From Klebsormidium nitens (lineage: Eukaryota > Plantae > Klebsormidiophyceae), in assembly GCA_000708835.1 (NCBI GenBank), contig DF237183.1, positions 1 through 64,000 on the forward strand: a stretch of 64,000 bases of DNA, given 5' to 3'. This document shows, piece by piece, positions 23,876 to 37,900 of the stretch. A program made the translations under genes and the position numbers. Within the stretch, counting starts at the first letter, position 1, and each line of letters starts with the position of its first letter. Below the pieces are notes generated by a model. That model did not search any database. It worked only from the letters and a program-made list of their open reading frames with translations, and was not told where the DNA came from.

Positions 23876-26800
23876 CTAATAGACGAACCGGTATCCCTCC
23901 ACCTGCTTTTTCTGAACCCTGCTCCGGCCAACGAACTTCAACAAGATCTGCTGCAAGTGCTGCTTTTGAAGCGGCTTGGGCTGCATAAAAAGGAAACAGA
24001 TTTTGGAGACACAGGTACGATAAAATCAGCGTTAAAATGAGGCCTTAGCAAGTGGAGCTGTTACCGGCATGATTGCGCATTTGAACCTTTGGTTTCGTTG
24101 CCTCGATACTGTCCACTCTCAATCCTGGAGACGGTCACAACCCTTCCGAATATACACAGGTATTGCAGATGAACAGTTGGCGCTTCGAAAGCGAGTCAGC
24201 GTAAGGGAACAGCAAGCCACGTCCGCATATTTCCTGGTTCTAACGAATCTACGGAAAGCAGCTCGATTGCCAGCGTTGAGATCAAATCAAGCCACAACTT
24301 TTGCGGCAGACGACGTTACTTTGGACGTGAGCGCTCGTGTCGTCTCCCTTCTGTTTCGCATCATAGGTGTGCTGCTTTGAGGAGGCGGAAAGAAACTGAC
24401 ATTACATACAAAGAACCGCTTGTTTGAAGCGCCTCCTTAGTCCTGGACAACCAACCGCCAAAGCCGAACGAAAAGATACCGACTAGCCAAGCAATTCTGG
24501 CACACCCAGTGTCACCTTTCCAAGCGAATCAGGGTCCAGATAACGTCTGAACGTGAGAAGGGAACATTCCGATTGCTCCCAACACGAACAGCCCCACGTC
24601 GGACTGAAGGCTAGCCGGAAAATTCAAGACGGAGCTTGGCTTCGCCTTTCCACTTTCGAGCGCTTGATCAACGGTGCTGAATGGAATTGAATAACAAAAG
24701 TAATGACTTGCCCACTTTCGACTGAGGCTTGTAACCACTCCAACGTCCGGCTCAGAGTGAGATCCGGTTGCAAGTGCGGTCCGGTGTGCGTCAGACTTTG
24801 CAAACGCTCTTTTCTAAAGCTGGCTTTGAGGGGTTGGGCGAACTAACCAGGTAGTCGTCCATTCCGGCGGCCATGCACTGCTCCCGGCAGCCCTTCATGA
24901 CGTCAGCCGTCAGCGCAATGATGGGCACCCGGCACCGCTCGCACGCCGCCTCCGCTGACGCGGCGCTGACAGTTCCTTGCGTGACGTCATCCGTACGATG
25001 CCGTTGACGGCAGCGCTTGACCTCGTCCAACCGAATCAAAGTCGTGGTTTCGTAACCTGCAATTGAGGCAGTTTGGCAACTTTCCAGGATGCGTCTCTCA
25101 ACACTGTCGCTTCCAACAGTCTCGTGACCTACACATGGTCAAAACTCGACGAAGAGTTTCTTGGCTCATCTGAGTCCGGAATGCGCTGGTTGACCGTTAT
25201 ACTTGCGGCTCAGGCTCCAAAGCTGTATGCGATTAATCTGGTTTTGAATCATAGTCACGCATTCCCGAGACACGCACCCTTTCCGCATAGAGACAGCTGT
25301 CTTTCAAGCCAACAAGGCCATCTCACTTTCCATCTCCGTTTGAAATTGAGCTCACAAATCTCCGCCTAGCACTGCCACCGATGACCGGCGAGAGAATTGC
25401 TACCCTCATGTTCCCCATGAGACACCGAATAAGGCGCAAAATCGTGGATCTCGACCAAGAGGGTCGTCGCATCCTCGATAGAACCTCCGCTTATGAGCAG
25501 AGACTGAGCCCACGATAGGCCCGTCGATCTGTCTTCACGTGCGCAAGTTACGCACAGAAAGAAAAGCGTTGCCACAGGCGGACCACAGCACTTGGCACCT
25601 CAACCGCAAACGCTATGCTAATTGCCATAGCCGATGGGCCATAAGCGGGCGCTCACCGTCCATTTCCGGCATCTGAACGTCCATGAAAACGACGGCGATG
25701 CCCCCTTCGCCGGGGGGCGCTTCGCCGCGCATCACTTCCAATGCCTCCGGCCCTGACGCAACGGCAGCGACCTGGCAGCCCATGCTCTCCAGCAACTTGG
25801 TCGCCACCTTCCGGTTGATGCTGCCGTCATCCACAACCTAAGAAAACGTGCGAAGTGAGATCCTTGGGTTCCCTCATCAACCAAAGGATTGAAGGGATCG
25901 ACGGACTCTATGTACAGAATTTGAGGAACGAATCGATGGAAGGAATGGAAGGGATCCAGAGCTTTCTCACGGACTCAAGGACTAGATGTACTGATCTCCA
26001 CGGATTGCCGGTTGAGTTCGGATTCGATGATATTGCGACTCCGACTGAAAGTGAAACTGTCGGTTCACGCTGTTCCATCCAAATACCAGCAATTGCTCGA
26101 CCATATTCACACTGGCGTAAAATGCAGAATGCTCTCGCCCGCAAGACAGTGCCCACTTGCGTTGACACCAGGCCCTACATCGAAGACGTTAAGCTGTCAC
26201 TCACCAGCGCCCGCGCTCCAGCCATGCCCACTTCCGCTTCTGCCAGGATTTCGCTTTCCGTTCGCACGCCCCGGCGGAATAGTGCGGCTTTCATGGCCTC
26301 TGTCAAGGCGGTCCGCCGGAACGGCCGAAACACCACCGCGTCAACCCCCCCCTGCTTTGCCTCACTTTCGACCCCCCCGTCTGGACTGCTCAGCAACCCA
26401 AAGACAGCGTCCGCCACTCCTCTTGATCGAGCGTTTTGCACGAGCGACAGCAATCGTGCGTTTTCTAAGCGGTTGTCTAAGGTGACGAAAAGAGCGGTTT
26501 TCTTATCGGGGGGGCGAGTGAGTAGGTGGCTTGAGGTTTGCTCGAGGTGGGTGAAATGGGGGACGCTGCAACCCAGCCAGCGCAGAGCGCTCGCAAGAAC
26601 CTCGTGCCGGACGGGGTCTCTGCAGGAAAAGAGAACAAGTGCTTCAAGGAATCATCAGAGCCTCCGCCTGTAAAGAGATGTTGGTAATCCGAGAACCTGG
26701 TCGTGAAAATGTATTCTTTACAAAGGCGCCCTGCTGCAAGTCGAGTGAAGATTCAATATTCGCTTGCCCTGTCGTTATTAGTTGATGAAGCGAAGTGACC

Positions 26801-29800
26801 ATACTACACTACTTGATCGATGATTGTCTGCTGAAAGGATACTTGAGTCCTAGCAGAGTGTAACCAGGGCGAAAGCTGTAGCCCGTTGCTGCGCTGCTCA
26901 AAAAGCTGGACGAATTGGACTCTGGACGAAAGGAAACCAGTCAAGAAAAACTCATTCAAGATCCATTCAGATCCATCATATTCTTGCTCGAGCCCGTATC
27001 TGTCTTGGGCTTCTTCGAGAAAGAGTTGGCGGTTTCAAGCAGCGTTTGGAACAGGTTAAAAGGCTCCTTACCTTTCTAAGATGGTCGCACAAACCCCTTC
27101 CATATCCCTGTCCCTTTTCTGCGTCTCCACGACCCCAACACGCACATCGAACTGGAAGGTGCTCCCGACCCCTTCGCTCGTCGCCACTGAAACCTGCCCC
27201 CCCATTAAGTGCACCAGCTTTTGACTAATCGACAACCCAATTCCGGTTCCCCCATACTGACGGCTGGTTGCGGCATCGCCTTGCAGAAACGGGGTGAAGA
27301 GACGGGACTGCGCCGCAGGCGAAATCCCTATTCCCGTGTCGGCGCATGATATGACTAGCCGCAGCCAATTGTTCCCTGCTTGTCTTGCGCTTTCAAAGTT
27401 TTGCTGACTCCTTTCTCTGATTGCCAAGACCTCTTCAGCTGTGCTGGAAACGCCGGCCTGCATGCGAGGCGTCTCTAGCTCCACAAAGTCTATCCAACGT
27501 GCTGAGGACTGTTTCGACTGAGCATCATTTACCGGACTGCCGCCATCGCATGTTACACTATCCCCTACCTGTACACACAGCAGTATGCCTCCGTGTTTGG
27601 TGAACTTGATCGCGTTGGATAACAGGTTATTCAAAACCTGCCTTAACCGGTTCGGGTCGCCCGCTAACTGTCGGGGAACCGAGTCCTGAACCAGCTTGTT
27701 CAGTTCCAACCCCTTTTGGCGTGCCGCCTCCGCAAACGAGTTGAGCGTCTCGCCCGCTTCGAAGCGCACGTCGAATTCGACCGAGTCTTCAATCTCCATA
27801 TGCCCCGCCTCGATCTGCAAGGAGGGTGGGAAGCGATTGAGCGGACAAATACGAAACCGAATCACAGCTCTCAAGCCTCCGTTCTGGCCCCATCACACAG
27901 AAGACGGCAGAAATTGATCTAGCTGCAGGGCGACATCATGTGTGTTTCCGCAATGACAAATAAGCGCCTGCAGATTTGGGTTCCGCAAGTGAGAGACTCG
28001 ACTGGAAGACAGCACAAAAATATGTCGCTGCCGTCGACTTTTGGAAGTCAAAAGAATGGACGCTTGGCTGCACTTTGTCTGAGAGGAACAATCAGGACTG
28101 GAGGAACAACCAGAAAAAGCACGGAGTGGCGTAGCATTTATCCTGAGGACGATAAACAAACCAACCGTTGACCGTCTCTTGGAGGGGAGAATTGAAAATA
28201 TTGTTTGGACAATTATTCAAGCAACACGCATCGGAAGCAAGAAAAGATGATTACATGCAACATGGTGATGCAAAATGCCCGTCCCCCTGTCGAGCATGCG
28301 GTGCTGATCTCTCTCTGAAAGTACTGCCGGATTCAACCTTTCTGCTCACGAGAATAAAAAAAGAATCCTCAGACCCACCTTAGAAAAATCTAGCACGTCC
28401 GAGATGAGCGACAAAAGCGCGGCCCCCGACATCTGCGCCGTGCGCACATAGTCGCGCTGCAGCGGCGTCAGCGGCGTGTCCAGCAGGAGCGTGTTCATTC
28501 CGATGATTCCGTTGCACGGAGTGCGGATCTCGTGCGACATCGTGGCGAGAAAGGCGCTCTTGGAGCGGTCCGCGGCTTCGGCCGCGCTTTTCGCCTGGAC
28601 CAGCTCCTGGTTAAGCTGCTTAACCCGGTCCATCTCGGCCTCCACCATGCGGATAACCTGGGGGTTTGGAAAAGATTACGAAGTTTAGCGCCAGGTTTGC
28701 TACGGGTCAATCTAGCGGCATGTAACTCGTCAGAGGGAGACTGCGGAATTTAGTATGCACGAACGATCATTATGCCCAGCAGAGGTGGAAAGCAGGTAAG
28801 CTGGAATTTGCTTCAAGGTTTTAGCTCCATGATTCCGCCAGAGTATCCGGCACCCTGAAAATGAGAAGCCTATGCCCATATGAAAGCGCAGAGAGCCCAT
28901 CAATCTATGGAAGCTGCGCCAACAAGGCAAGCACAGACGTAAAATCATATGCGTCGAGCTGGGGGAATCCGTACCTGGAACATGAGCGCAATGATCACAA
29001 TCCCCGAGACGACTGTCCCGAGCACGACTGTGGTCCAGCCTAGGGCGCGCTTGGTGCACGTCCATGACCGGGGGGAAAGGTCCAAGCACCTGGCGAGACG
29101 TTAGGCGACTCATTTAGGTAGCATAAAGCGAGGTATGTTGTGGTGACGGGTGGGTTAGGGTGGGGTTTAGGGTGGGTACTGCTGCGGAGCGGGTACATTT
29201 GTTCGTTTAGCTTTTCTGTTTCGTTTGACTGTTGCTATCCTACCTAGAAAGTACTCTACTTAACAATACATGAATATGGTGAGACGCGAAATTCTGCGGC
29301 CTCACATCTTCGGGACTGTTCGGCCGGAGAATCAGGAAGCAAAGCATCTGATGAGCTACTACAACCTTAGAAACAAAGGTTACAACCCCCATCGTCTGGA
29401 GGCCTAGGCGGGGCGTGGACAGGAAAGCAGAAAATAGGTAACGCAGCATTCACCGTGACAAGGCCCTTCATATAACCCACAACTTTGGCTGGATCAAACA
29501 CGATGACGACAACAGCGCAAGTTTTGGCAGCGCAGGCGAACGCAACCCTCTTCCTTGTGCCCCTCACCTGATCTCATAGTTGCGTTGTCCCTGCATGTAA
29601 TCCACCACGTAATCCCACGTCACGCCGTTCGTCAGAGTGTCGTTAGGTGACGCGTACAGCAGCCCTGCGCTTTCCGAAAGGCCCTCCGTGACGTCATACA
29701 CCCGCACCTGCGCATAGAGTAGACTTTGTATCAATTGACGCACCAATTGTGGCGTTATATGAACAAACACGAGAGAACGATAGTTTGAAACCCTCCAAGG

Positions 29801-32800
29801 TCGTGCAAAGGCGAAGTGGATCCCCAAATAACCCTCTGATCTAGCCAGCTCAATTGTAAGGCCTTGGGATCTTAAATGTCTGACCATTTAAGGGCAGAGC
29901 GGACATGACCACCGAAGCGCTGGGTCGTTGTACAACGATGACAACGCCCGAAAGTTGCTCTCTCATGACGACGTCGAAGTACCAAACATCATCGTTGTTT
30001 GCAGCCTGGACAAATGCGACATTGGACAACCTGGAGCCTAGTGAAGGTAGGAAGCCCCAAGTTCTAGACTACCCGCTTCCGGACTTTGTCGAAAGTACAG
30101 GGATATTAATTCGGAGTTTCCGCACCAGAGCCAAAGGTTGGCCCACGGGAGCCCAGAAGAAGTACAACGATAGCATTTCAAACCTCCGAGCTTGTTTCGG
30201 AGCACAAAGATGTTAGATCGATCTTTGACTCCTCACCAGGATCCCCTCAATGTCCGCCAGCTTGGCAAACGCCTCCTCGTGCACCACGGGGGGCAGCGTA
30301 CCCACAATCACGCCGCGCGCGTTCGCCCACCGCTCGTCGGGGGTCGCCGTGCCGCTGTCAAAGCCGTCCGCATAGACTGGGAAATACGTCGAAGCCTTGC
30401 GGCCGCCTGCACAGCAGTCTCGGGTCAAAGAAGCACCACGCGTTTGAGAATTACAAAGATGTTCGTCCTGTCAGTGACCGTTGTCGATCAGAAGTTCGAG
30501 CGAAACGTTTGATGCGGTCCTCTGTGAAAGGCCGGTTCCCAATCAACGGAACCCTAAGCCGGTTGAGAATCGCAAAAATCGGGTGCCAAAATGCAGAATC
30601 TGCACCGGATTTAGACAGAAACGCTCCGCCGTCATTGACGTGGAGGCTGTGCGTAGGAATTACTCCGTGCATCCGAGCCTATCAACAGCAGTGCCATCAC
30701 TCATTCCGGAACGCTTCAGCGAACAAGTGACGAGCAGTCGCAGAAAGAATCACGGCAAACAGATGAAGGAAACCGAAAAGGCAAGGGACTCGAAGAGAAA
30801 GTATCCTGACCCGCGATGGGTGTGTACGGGGGCCCAGCGCAGTCTTGTCCCGTGAGGATGGCCTTGCGGATCGTTGCTTCTAGAATGTTGGTCAGAACGT
30901 CGTACCCCAGGTAAGTCTGCACCAGCGGCGCATCGGAGAACATCCTGACAAACCGGAGGGCGGGTAAAGTTCGTATTATTTGTCAGTAGAGAGCAGATGC
31001 AGCATGCGGGAAGCCTCTCAACGACGTAAGGGTTCGGAGGATTGGAGGGGCAACCAAATGAAACGTGGATCTGAAGACATGCCTTATCCCTCTGGGATGG
31101 GGCGTAATCTGGAAATCTTCAAGTTTTGTGGTTCAATTTGTAGCCCAGATTGGCAACCCAGTCTGCTTGGACTCAGGGGTATCTATCGAGTAGAAAAGAT
31201 AGGATCTTTCAACAGAACATCATGCTCAAAATGCTTGAGGAGTCCAAAAACATTGGGCCGTTTTTTGATGCGGAGTCGAACCTCTGGTCAAGCACGGCAA
31301 GAAGGGAATTGCTGCATCCGAATAATGGGCTCGGTACATTGAAGATCTGGTTACCAGCTTTCCGGTCAACCCTCACCATCTTTACGATCCCCAGAAACCC
31401 GGAATGTCAAATCACTCAAACTTCACAGTTGATTTACCTCGTCCTTCAAACATCTTTTGTGACAACATCAACGAATTTTTGACAAGGTGTTTACTCGTGG
31501 TCACAGTACCGTCGGGCGTCAATGATTGAAGCAGCAGACTCACCGTGCGACCACATAAACCTCCGCAGCTGGCGCATCCAGGGTCTTTTTCGCACTGAAA
31601 TCGTATGTATAAAACCGCCTCCCGATCTCCGCTTCTACTGCGGCCCGCTCGTGGCCCCTGACCACTTGAAGCCTGGTCGGTCAGGATTTCACTGTTCAGT
31701 TTGCTTGTTCTCCAAAATTTGGTGGGGTCTTCATAACACGGGGCAAGTAATGCGTCCAAACGCCTAGGTATTCTTCATCGGACTGCTTGTGCGAAGCTGC
31801 AGATCAGTCCTCTTGTTAAGTTGATAAGAAATGGCATATGGTGATGTAGGAGATGGAACGTCTCAAAAAGCATTTACGTGCAGAGACAGCTCTTGGCAGA
31901 CCCAGCCTCGAACTGCTCCACAATATGACATTCGAATGTTTGGAAACGTTCACCCTAATGAACCTCTCCTTACTGACTGCTTTGGCTAAGATGATACATA
32001 GCCGCTCAGCCAATGAAGGTTGCAAATTCTGAATTTTGTCCAATACAGGGGCAGTAAGCGTTTAAAGTAGAGATTGCTCGAATTTCCAATGTCCAAACTT
32101 ACGTGCCTCAATCCCAAACTTACCCTGAAGCGCCTGACTAACCCCACTTTTTAGGGTATGCCCCTACCTCAGACCCAAAGCTTACCGCATCAGACTGAAT
32201 TTTGGAGAACTATGCCCCTGGCTGTAAGCGAGTCGCACACTGTGGTTGCAATCACTGAAGCCATGTCCACTTGACGAGATCTAGATCCCAATAGTGGCAA
32301 CTCAGAGAAAGTAAAACATTGTCCCTCCAAATCAGCCCTCTTCGACATGGCACCACCATAAGTGTGTTCTCCACAGAGAGGACTAGAAGTCAATCAGAGA
32401 GAGGCCGTGTCTCACCATGAGACCACGAGCGTGTTCTTCAGAACCCCCGCGACTGCGTCCGAGAACTTAGCCCAAGCCTCCTCTGTAAGCTCTGCCTGAG
32501 TGGCAATAAGGCCCGAGTACATGTTGGCCAGGTCGTAGCGAGCCACTAGATCAGAGGAGAGCACCTGCACCAGTAATGTTGTGCCGTCAGCGAACGGTGC
32601 CATGGTGTTGTCCTGAGGTTTGGACCTCAGAGCCAAAAGACACTTTTGAATCTGTAAAAAGTCCTGGTGACGGTCTTCCAGGGCAATTGGCATCATGAAC
32701 TCTGAGGTCAGTGGTGGGAAATCCAAGTTTCTGCTTTCACCATTGCCCCCACTTTTGCTGAGAGGAAATCTTTCCCTCACCCTCTGGGCATAGTACCAAC

Positions 32801-33415
32801 AGAAGTTGCAAAGCAGATACAAAAGAGACGGAAAAAGTAGTGAGGGCACGCTGATGCAAAGTTGATGAAGCTGAACGGTGGTGGAGAAGTGTTCTTGGAG
32901 CAAAGAGAAAACGCCTGCCACAAATACAAGAATGTGCGCCAAAGCTCTGCTCTTTAAGCACACTGCTCAGAAGAAATCCTCAACTGCTTCACAATGCCAC
33001 CCCGACAAGTCAGCTATGGCAAGACCTGCTGGTAAACTCAAATCGCCATTTTTCAACTACACAATCTTTTCAGACGTAAATGCCACTCCGCCTCTGAAGT
33101 TTTGCTGCAATCGCATTGGCATAGTACTAGCTCTACTCAAGTTCCTGAACTCTTTGTAAGTCAAACTTTGGTAACTGATGCTCAGCAAACAGCGGATCCA
33201 GGGATATTTACCTGTGCCCTGTTGATGCACCGCAGGTTAAACGCGCTCTCTTCAAAGAGGCTTGCCTGTCTGTATAGCATCCAGAACACAGTCACCGCAA
33301 GACTGCACCCGAGCAACGTCCACACGAACAACACCGCACGCTCCGCATCTCGTCTCATTGTAAACGTTTTCAGGGTCTCCCTGAGAAAACCCGACACCCT
33401 CCGATCCTGTCCCAT
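23876..33415 (-). CDS. CHK: CHASE-domain hybrid histidine kinase, cytokinin-receptor (AHK)-like architecture: TM-CHASE-TM-HisKA-HATPase-pseudoreceiver-receiver; 13 exons, ~990 aa
   Basis: Exons 33415-33212, 32564-32416, 31672-31544, 30944-30811, 30406-30237, 29707-29568, 29089-28975, 28657-28379, 27814-27072, 26619-26205, 25837-25657, 25056-24848, 23980-23876; frame continuous. H-box [16 protein letters not shown]-box [18 protein letters not shown]1 DTGIGI, G2 [10 protein letters not shown], receiver [33 protein letters not shown]. Confidence 0.93.
29148..29176 (+). repeat. Telomere-like G-tract run with G-quadruplex potential in a CHK intron
   Basis: gggtgggttagggtggggtttagggtggg: six G3+ tracts including TTAGGG and TTTAGGG. 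Confidence 0.6.
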
Positions 33416-34975
33416 GTCCAGCGTTTCTTATCAGCTCGCTATTTGACAAAATGCGACATTTGTGCAAACGAGCTGACGGGGGGCAAAGTTTGCATTTCCA
33501 TATCAGCTCTCAGCATCATCTGCTCCTTTCAGAATCAACGAGGAATGCGAATCCTCCCTGCTGCCCAGTGCCCCTGTGGTGGAATGTGCATTGTGGTTCA
33601 CCATCGTCGTCGACACTCACCCTTGTCATTGGGCCTTGATGTCAACAGCTCATGAATGTCTGCGACATGCATACCCGATGATACCGAAACTGCCACACTG
33701 GCACGCAAAGGCTGGCCGCTGCTGTGACTCTGGGTTAACCCTTGCAGGTTATGTCCCTAGCTCGTTATCTTCGGGCTGTAAAATTCTGACATCACTAGAA
33801 ATTCTGGCAGCCCGGGTGGTTAAACCGACGGAATTAAGACCGAAAGGCTGGGGCCTTGGACCGGGCGGTCGGAATATGCGGTCTGCAGCTCATTCTGTGT
33901 GGGTTCCCTGCCCGGTTTGCGGTCCCGACGACCGAAATCTGGAAATCCCGGTTAAGAACCGCAGATTTAACGGCCAGCTGGACTGCGGCGCGCGGCTTGC
34001 GGGAAGAAAATTGAACGGCTCCCAGCAGGGTGTCGTTACAGCATGAGCGTTCGTGCGACTAGCGAAGTCCGGCCTCCCACATCCTCAAATTCCGCCGGCC
34101 TTGATTTCAAACGGACAGGAAACCGGAAAGGCAGCTAGGCGGGCAAGGAAGGCGCGCGACACATCATCTCGCGACGTCAGGCAGGCCTGCACGGCTCGAA
34201 GCCTGGGATTTGACAAAGCGATATCATTCAATCTGCGCTAGGGGTGGTAAGATTTGTAGCTGATCATTGGACAGGCTCTCAGCCACAGGTCGTTATATAT
34301 GAAAGGAGAAAGGACTCCAGGCCCTCGGGGAGAGATAATATACGGCTTCGTCGAACAGTCGAATCGGTAGTCGTACCGGCGTGTTGATTTGTCCGATCGG
34401 TCTGAATGAAGCACACAATTTTGTCTTTCTCAAAGCGCAGGAGGGTGATAGCCTCTAGTGGCGCCGCAGGACATATATAGCAGCATGGGAGCAGCATATG
34501 AGATGTCGGCAACATGAGATACGAGCTCCTAGTACATACTAGCAACGTCTGAAAGAGCGGGTATTCGTGAACAGGGTGCTTACAAGAGTTCTTATATGTT
34601 ACTGTGCACATACGGGGCCATCATTGATCAGCGACAAGGCGCATAGCCTGTCGACTTGATTCACTACGTACATTGGGAGCAATTGACTGGCCACATGAGT
34701 GTATCAAACCGTCAAGCACTGTTGTTTGTGGGAGCACGAGGTTCCCCGCTTCGATGTATCAAAAAAAGCGTGCGGCCATCAACGAATCAGTATGAATAAT
34801 CCAGACCTACTTATGCAAAGCTCTACTGCTCCTCTGAAACGCGTTGTCGAAAATCTATAATCAGCCACTTTAATCGTTATGACGCTGATCAGGCATCAAA
34901 CTCCCTAGAGTACCCATCCGCAGCTATCATCCGTCCAAGTAGTCACTAAAAAGAAACACCATTTCGACTCTGCCC

Positions 34976-37900
34976 CTATATACACAAAGCCACCGTCGCT
35001 AGCCCCGCCAAAACGGCCACGGTTACGCTAACCCACGGCCGGTGCCCCGCGGACGTGGGCGCAAACTGCGGCATGGCGCACTCGTAGCCGTTGAGCAACA
35101 CGCGCGTCGGGAAGCCCATTGTCCGGGGCTCGAACCCCGGGTTCTTGCCAAAGAGCAGCACCGACTGGATATTGCCCGGGGTGCCCTTTTTGTCCACCCC
35201 GAGGAGCCAGTCGTTGTAGCTCGGGTAGCCCTGGAAGAGCATGTTGTACACTGCAGGGAAAACGTAGGTGTGATGTCAATTCAAAAGAAAAGGTAAGTGT
35301 AGCGTACAGAACGAATTTTGTTGCTCGGGTTGGCCCTGGCAGACCATGTCGTAGAACACTGCAGGGAAGACGAAGGGCGTGACGTGGGATCAAGAACTTC
35401 GGCAGTTCGAGACCATCTATCGAAGAATTGTTCCTGTGGGAAGATGTTGACGGTCCGTCAAAAACTTGAACGGCGGTCCGATGATGTCAAAAGTCGAACG
35501 GAAGAAAGGGTCGCACCTTTTTGGACAAGCCACTTCGCCTGCTTTAAAGATACCTGGCATCTCGAGTTTCAAACCTCGCAATCTCAGAACAAAAGTATGA
35601 ACGGTGATTGAGATTGAGACTGAGATCATAACAGAAAGCCGTTCCAAATATTGCCCCGGGGAAGCCAGGCGCCTTTCCCCGTTCGCATCAAACAGCACTC
35701 GCCTTCTCCCTCTGACACCCATCTGGCAGCCCTGAGAGGAAACTGGCGTCACAAACAGTCTGCCCCGGTTCTGAAGGATTCCGGAAGGTGGGAAGTAGGA
35801 GTGCTTTCCACGAGCTTAGCCACACAACGCAGCGGTTAGGAACGTTAACCCGGTCGAAAACCCACCTAGGTCCGGCGTAAACTCCACCGAGTAGGCGGTC
35901 GAGAAGTTAGCGAAGCCTGGGTGCTGCACCACCGCGTACCAGTCCTTGACCGGGCTAGACCCGCGGTTAAGCATAACCATCTTCGCTGACCAGCCGCCGA
36001 GAAAGTCTTGCTGGATGTGCCAGTGGAAGTTGACCGGGCAGCCGTCGCTGCAGGTGAGTGAGAACCAATCAGCCATATGGAGCATTCGTCCAATCCGGGA
36101 ACTTAGCCGGAGCAGATCTGCAACGAGCACGGTTTGTGATTGTGATACTTTGGAGTCCGCATCGGGCTGCGGCCGCTCCATAATATGCACCGAGACGACT
36201 CCGACCTCGAACCTATCTACTAATGGGGTTCGGTATTTCCTCGTCGTATGCGAGGTTGCATCTGCTGGCAGCACATGGCAACTTTGCCAGAACGCTGGTG
36301 GCCTTACGATTGACTGTACCTAATCAACAGGGTTTCTTCCTCTCTGCAGGATGTTTGATGCATACGGTTGGAAAGAGTTGTCATAGCAGTTTTCCTAACG
36401 GCAAAGCTTACCTGCACGCGGGAAGGACCGGCAGCGTATTGATGACGCTAGTGTTGGTGGCCGCCAGGAGCGAGTTGACGGCGTCTGTCGGATCAACGGC
36501 CAGGATGTACGGGTTGGAGGAGACCGGCTCGGGAGAAACGATGGCCGTCGGATCGCACGTGCCCGCCGCGAGCGTGCTCGCGTTGCAGCCGCACGCGCAC
36601 GTCGCGCAGGGCGCCAGCGTCTTGTTGAAGAAAGCTGGGGAGGATATGTAACAATGTTGGTTAAAGAGTCGTCGGAAGAACTTAGGAGGCGGCGGTAAGA
36701 GAAGGGATGACCGGTTTTGACAATGCATCATTCACACCGTTGAAGCAAAGAAGGGGCTCGAAAGGGATAGGCATGACCCATCTATTGGAACAAACTCTCA
36801 GATTGCGAAATTGCTCTCGACTGTTCAGGGTGAACGCTTGAGACAGTGAGCGCGGCAGAATCCACCCTATTTGCCAAACTATTTTTCAACTCTAGAACTC
36901 AATATTGCATTCCTGATGAGACACAATTACGGGTCCATGACACCGAAGCGTGCGTCACGAACGACTGTGAGCACAATTCTTCGAAAAGCTGCATGCACCT
37001 ATAAAGAGGGGTCAGGTCGGCAAACGGAATTCCACTGCGCGAGAAAACATCCGCTCACCTGAGAAGGAGACGCAGCACGACACTGGAGGGACGTAAGTGG
37101 GGGCCTGGTAGCACTGGATCGACCACGTCACTGCAGCACGAGGATGACGCCATCAGCCCCGCGGTACAAGCTCGCTCAAGCCCATCTTCTCTTGAAGTTC
37201 TCAAGTCCATAGGACCTCTATTCCTTTGTGCATTCCGTGCTTGCCCACGACGGATCTCACGAGTGGTGCCAGCAGAAGAGTTAAAATCCAGCAGGCACGC
37301 GAGAGTGTGAACTGTCAAGTGACATCAATCTTTTTGGATAAGGTCGTGACACGGGGAGTCGGTCTCCCCGACAAAGAACCGGGAAACCCGTTGTCCTGAT
37401 GTCTTTTAAAGCTACGTCATCTTTGGGCACAAGGAAGCCAGCGTTCCACGGCTCATTTCGCGGCCTCTGCAGAATTTCTATTGTAACGTGCCCCTATCGT
37501 TAAGCAGAAATGAAACGAACGCTTCTGATTGAAATTGCATGCGAGCAAGCTTTGTCGCTCACGGAAGGCCTGCCCGGAGCGCTGCGAGTTGATCTGGAAG
37601 ACCGTCGGCGTAATGATCTTCGCGCGCGTGCAGATGTACCCCGGCTGGTTGATGGTGAAGTTGTGGGGGGCGACCACCGAGAGGCGGTCGAAGTTGGCCA
37701 GGTTCTTGCCCTGGGGAGAAACAGGCACGGGTGGAAATGATCAGAAAGGAGCAAGCAAAGTTGAGAAAAGAGGCAAAGGCGACAGTCCCGACGATGTTAG
37801 GCAAGGAGCCGCATGACGAGAGACCGTCACGTACGGCTCTCTACGGCGGTAGCACCCCTGTCGACTACGTTTATAGCTACACCCCCGGTATGATGTTTAG

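Noticed and set aside
24788-24847. Read-through of the CHK receiver exon to a stop at 24791
   Set aside because: A good GTTAGT donor at 24847 and acceptor at 23981 give the expected K-P motif (PKPLQKQHL), so a spliced terminal exon fits better.
25855-26673. 272-aa plus-strand ORF
   Set aside because: It is antisense to the CHK pseudo-receiver exon and flanking introns and has no recognisable motifs; a shadow ORF.
32412-32963. 183-aa minus-strand ORF as a separate gene
   Set aside because: Only its last ~50 codons (32564-32416) are CHK exon 2; the rest is intron read-through.
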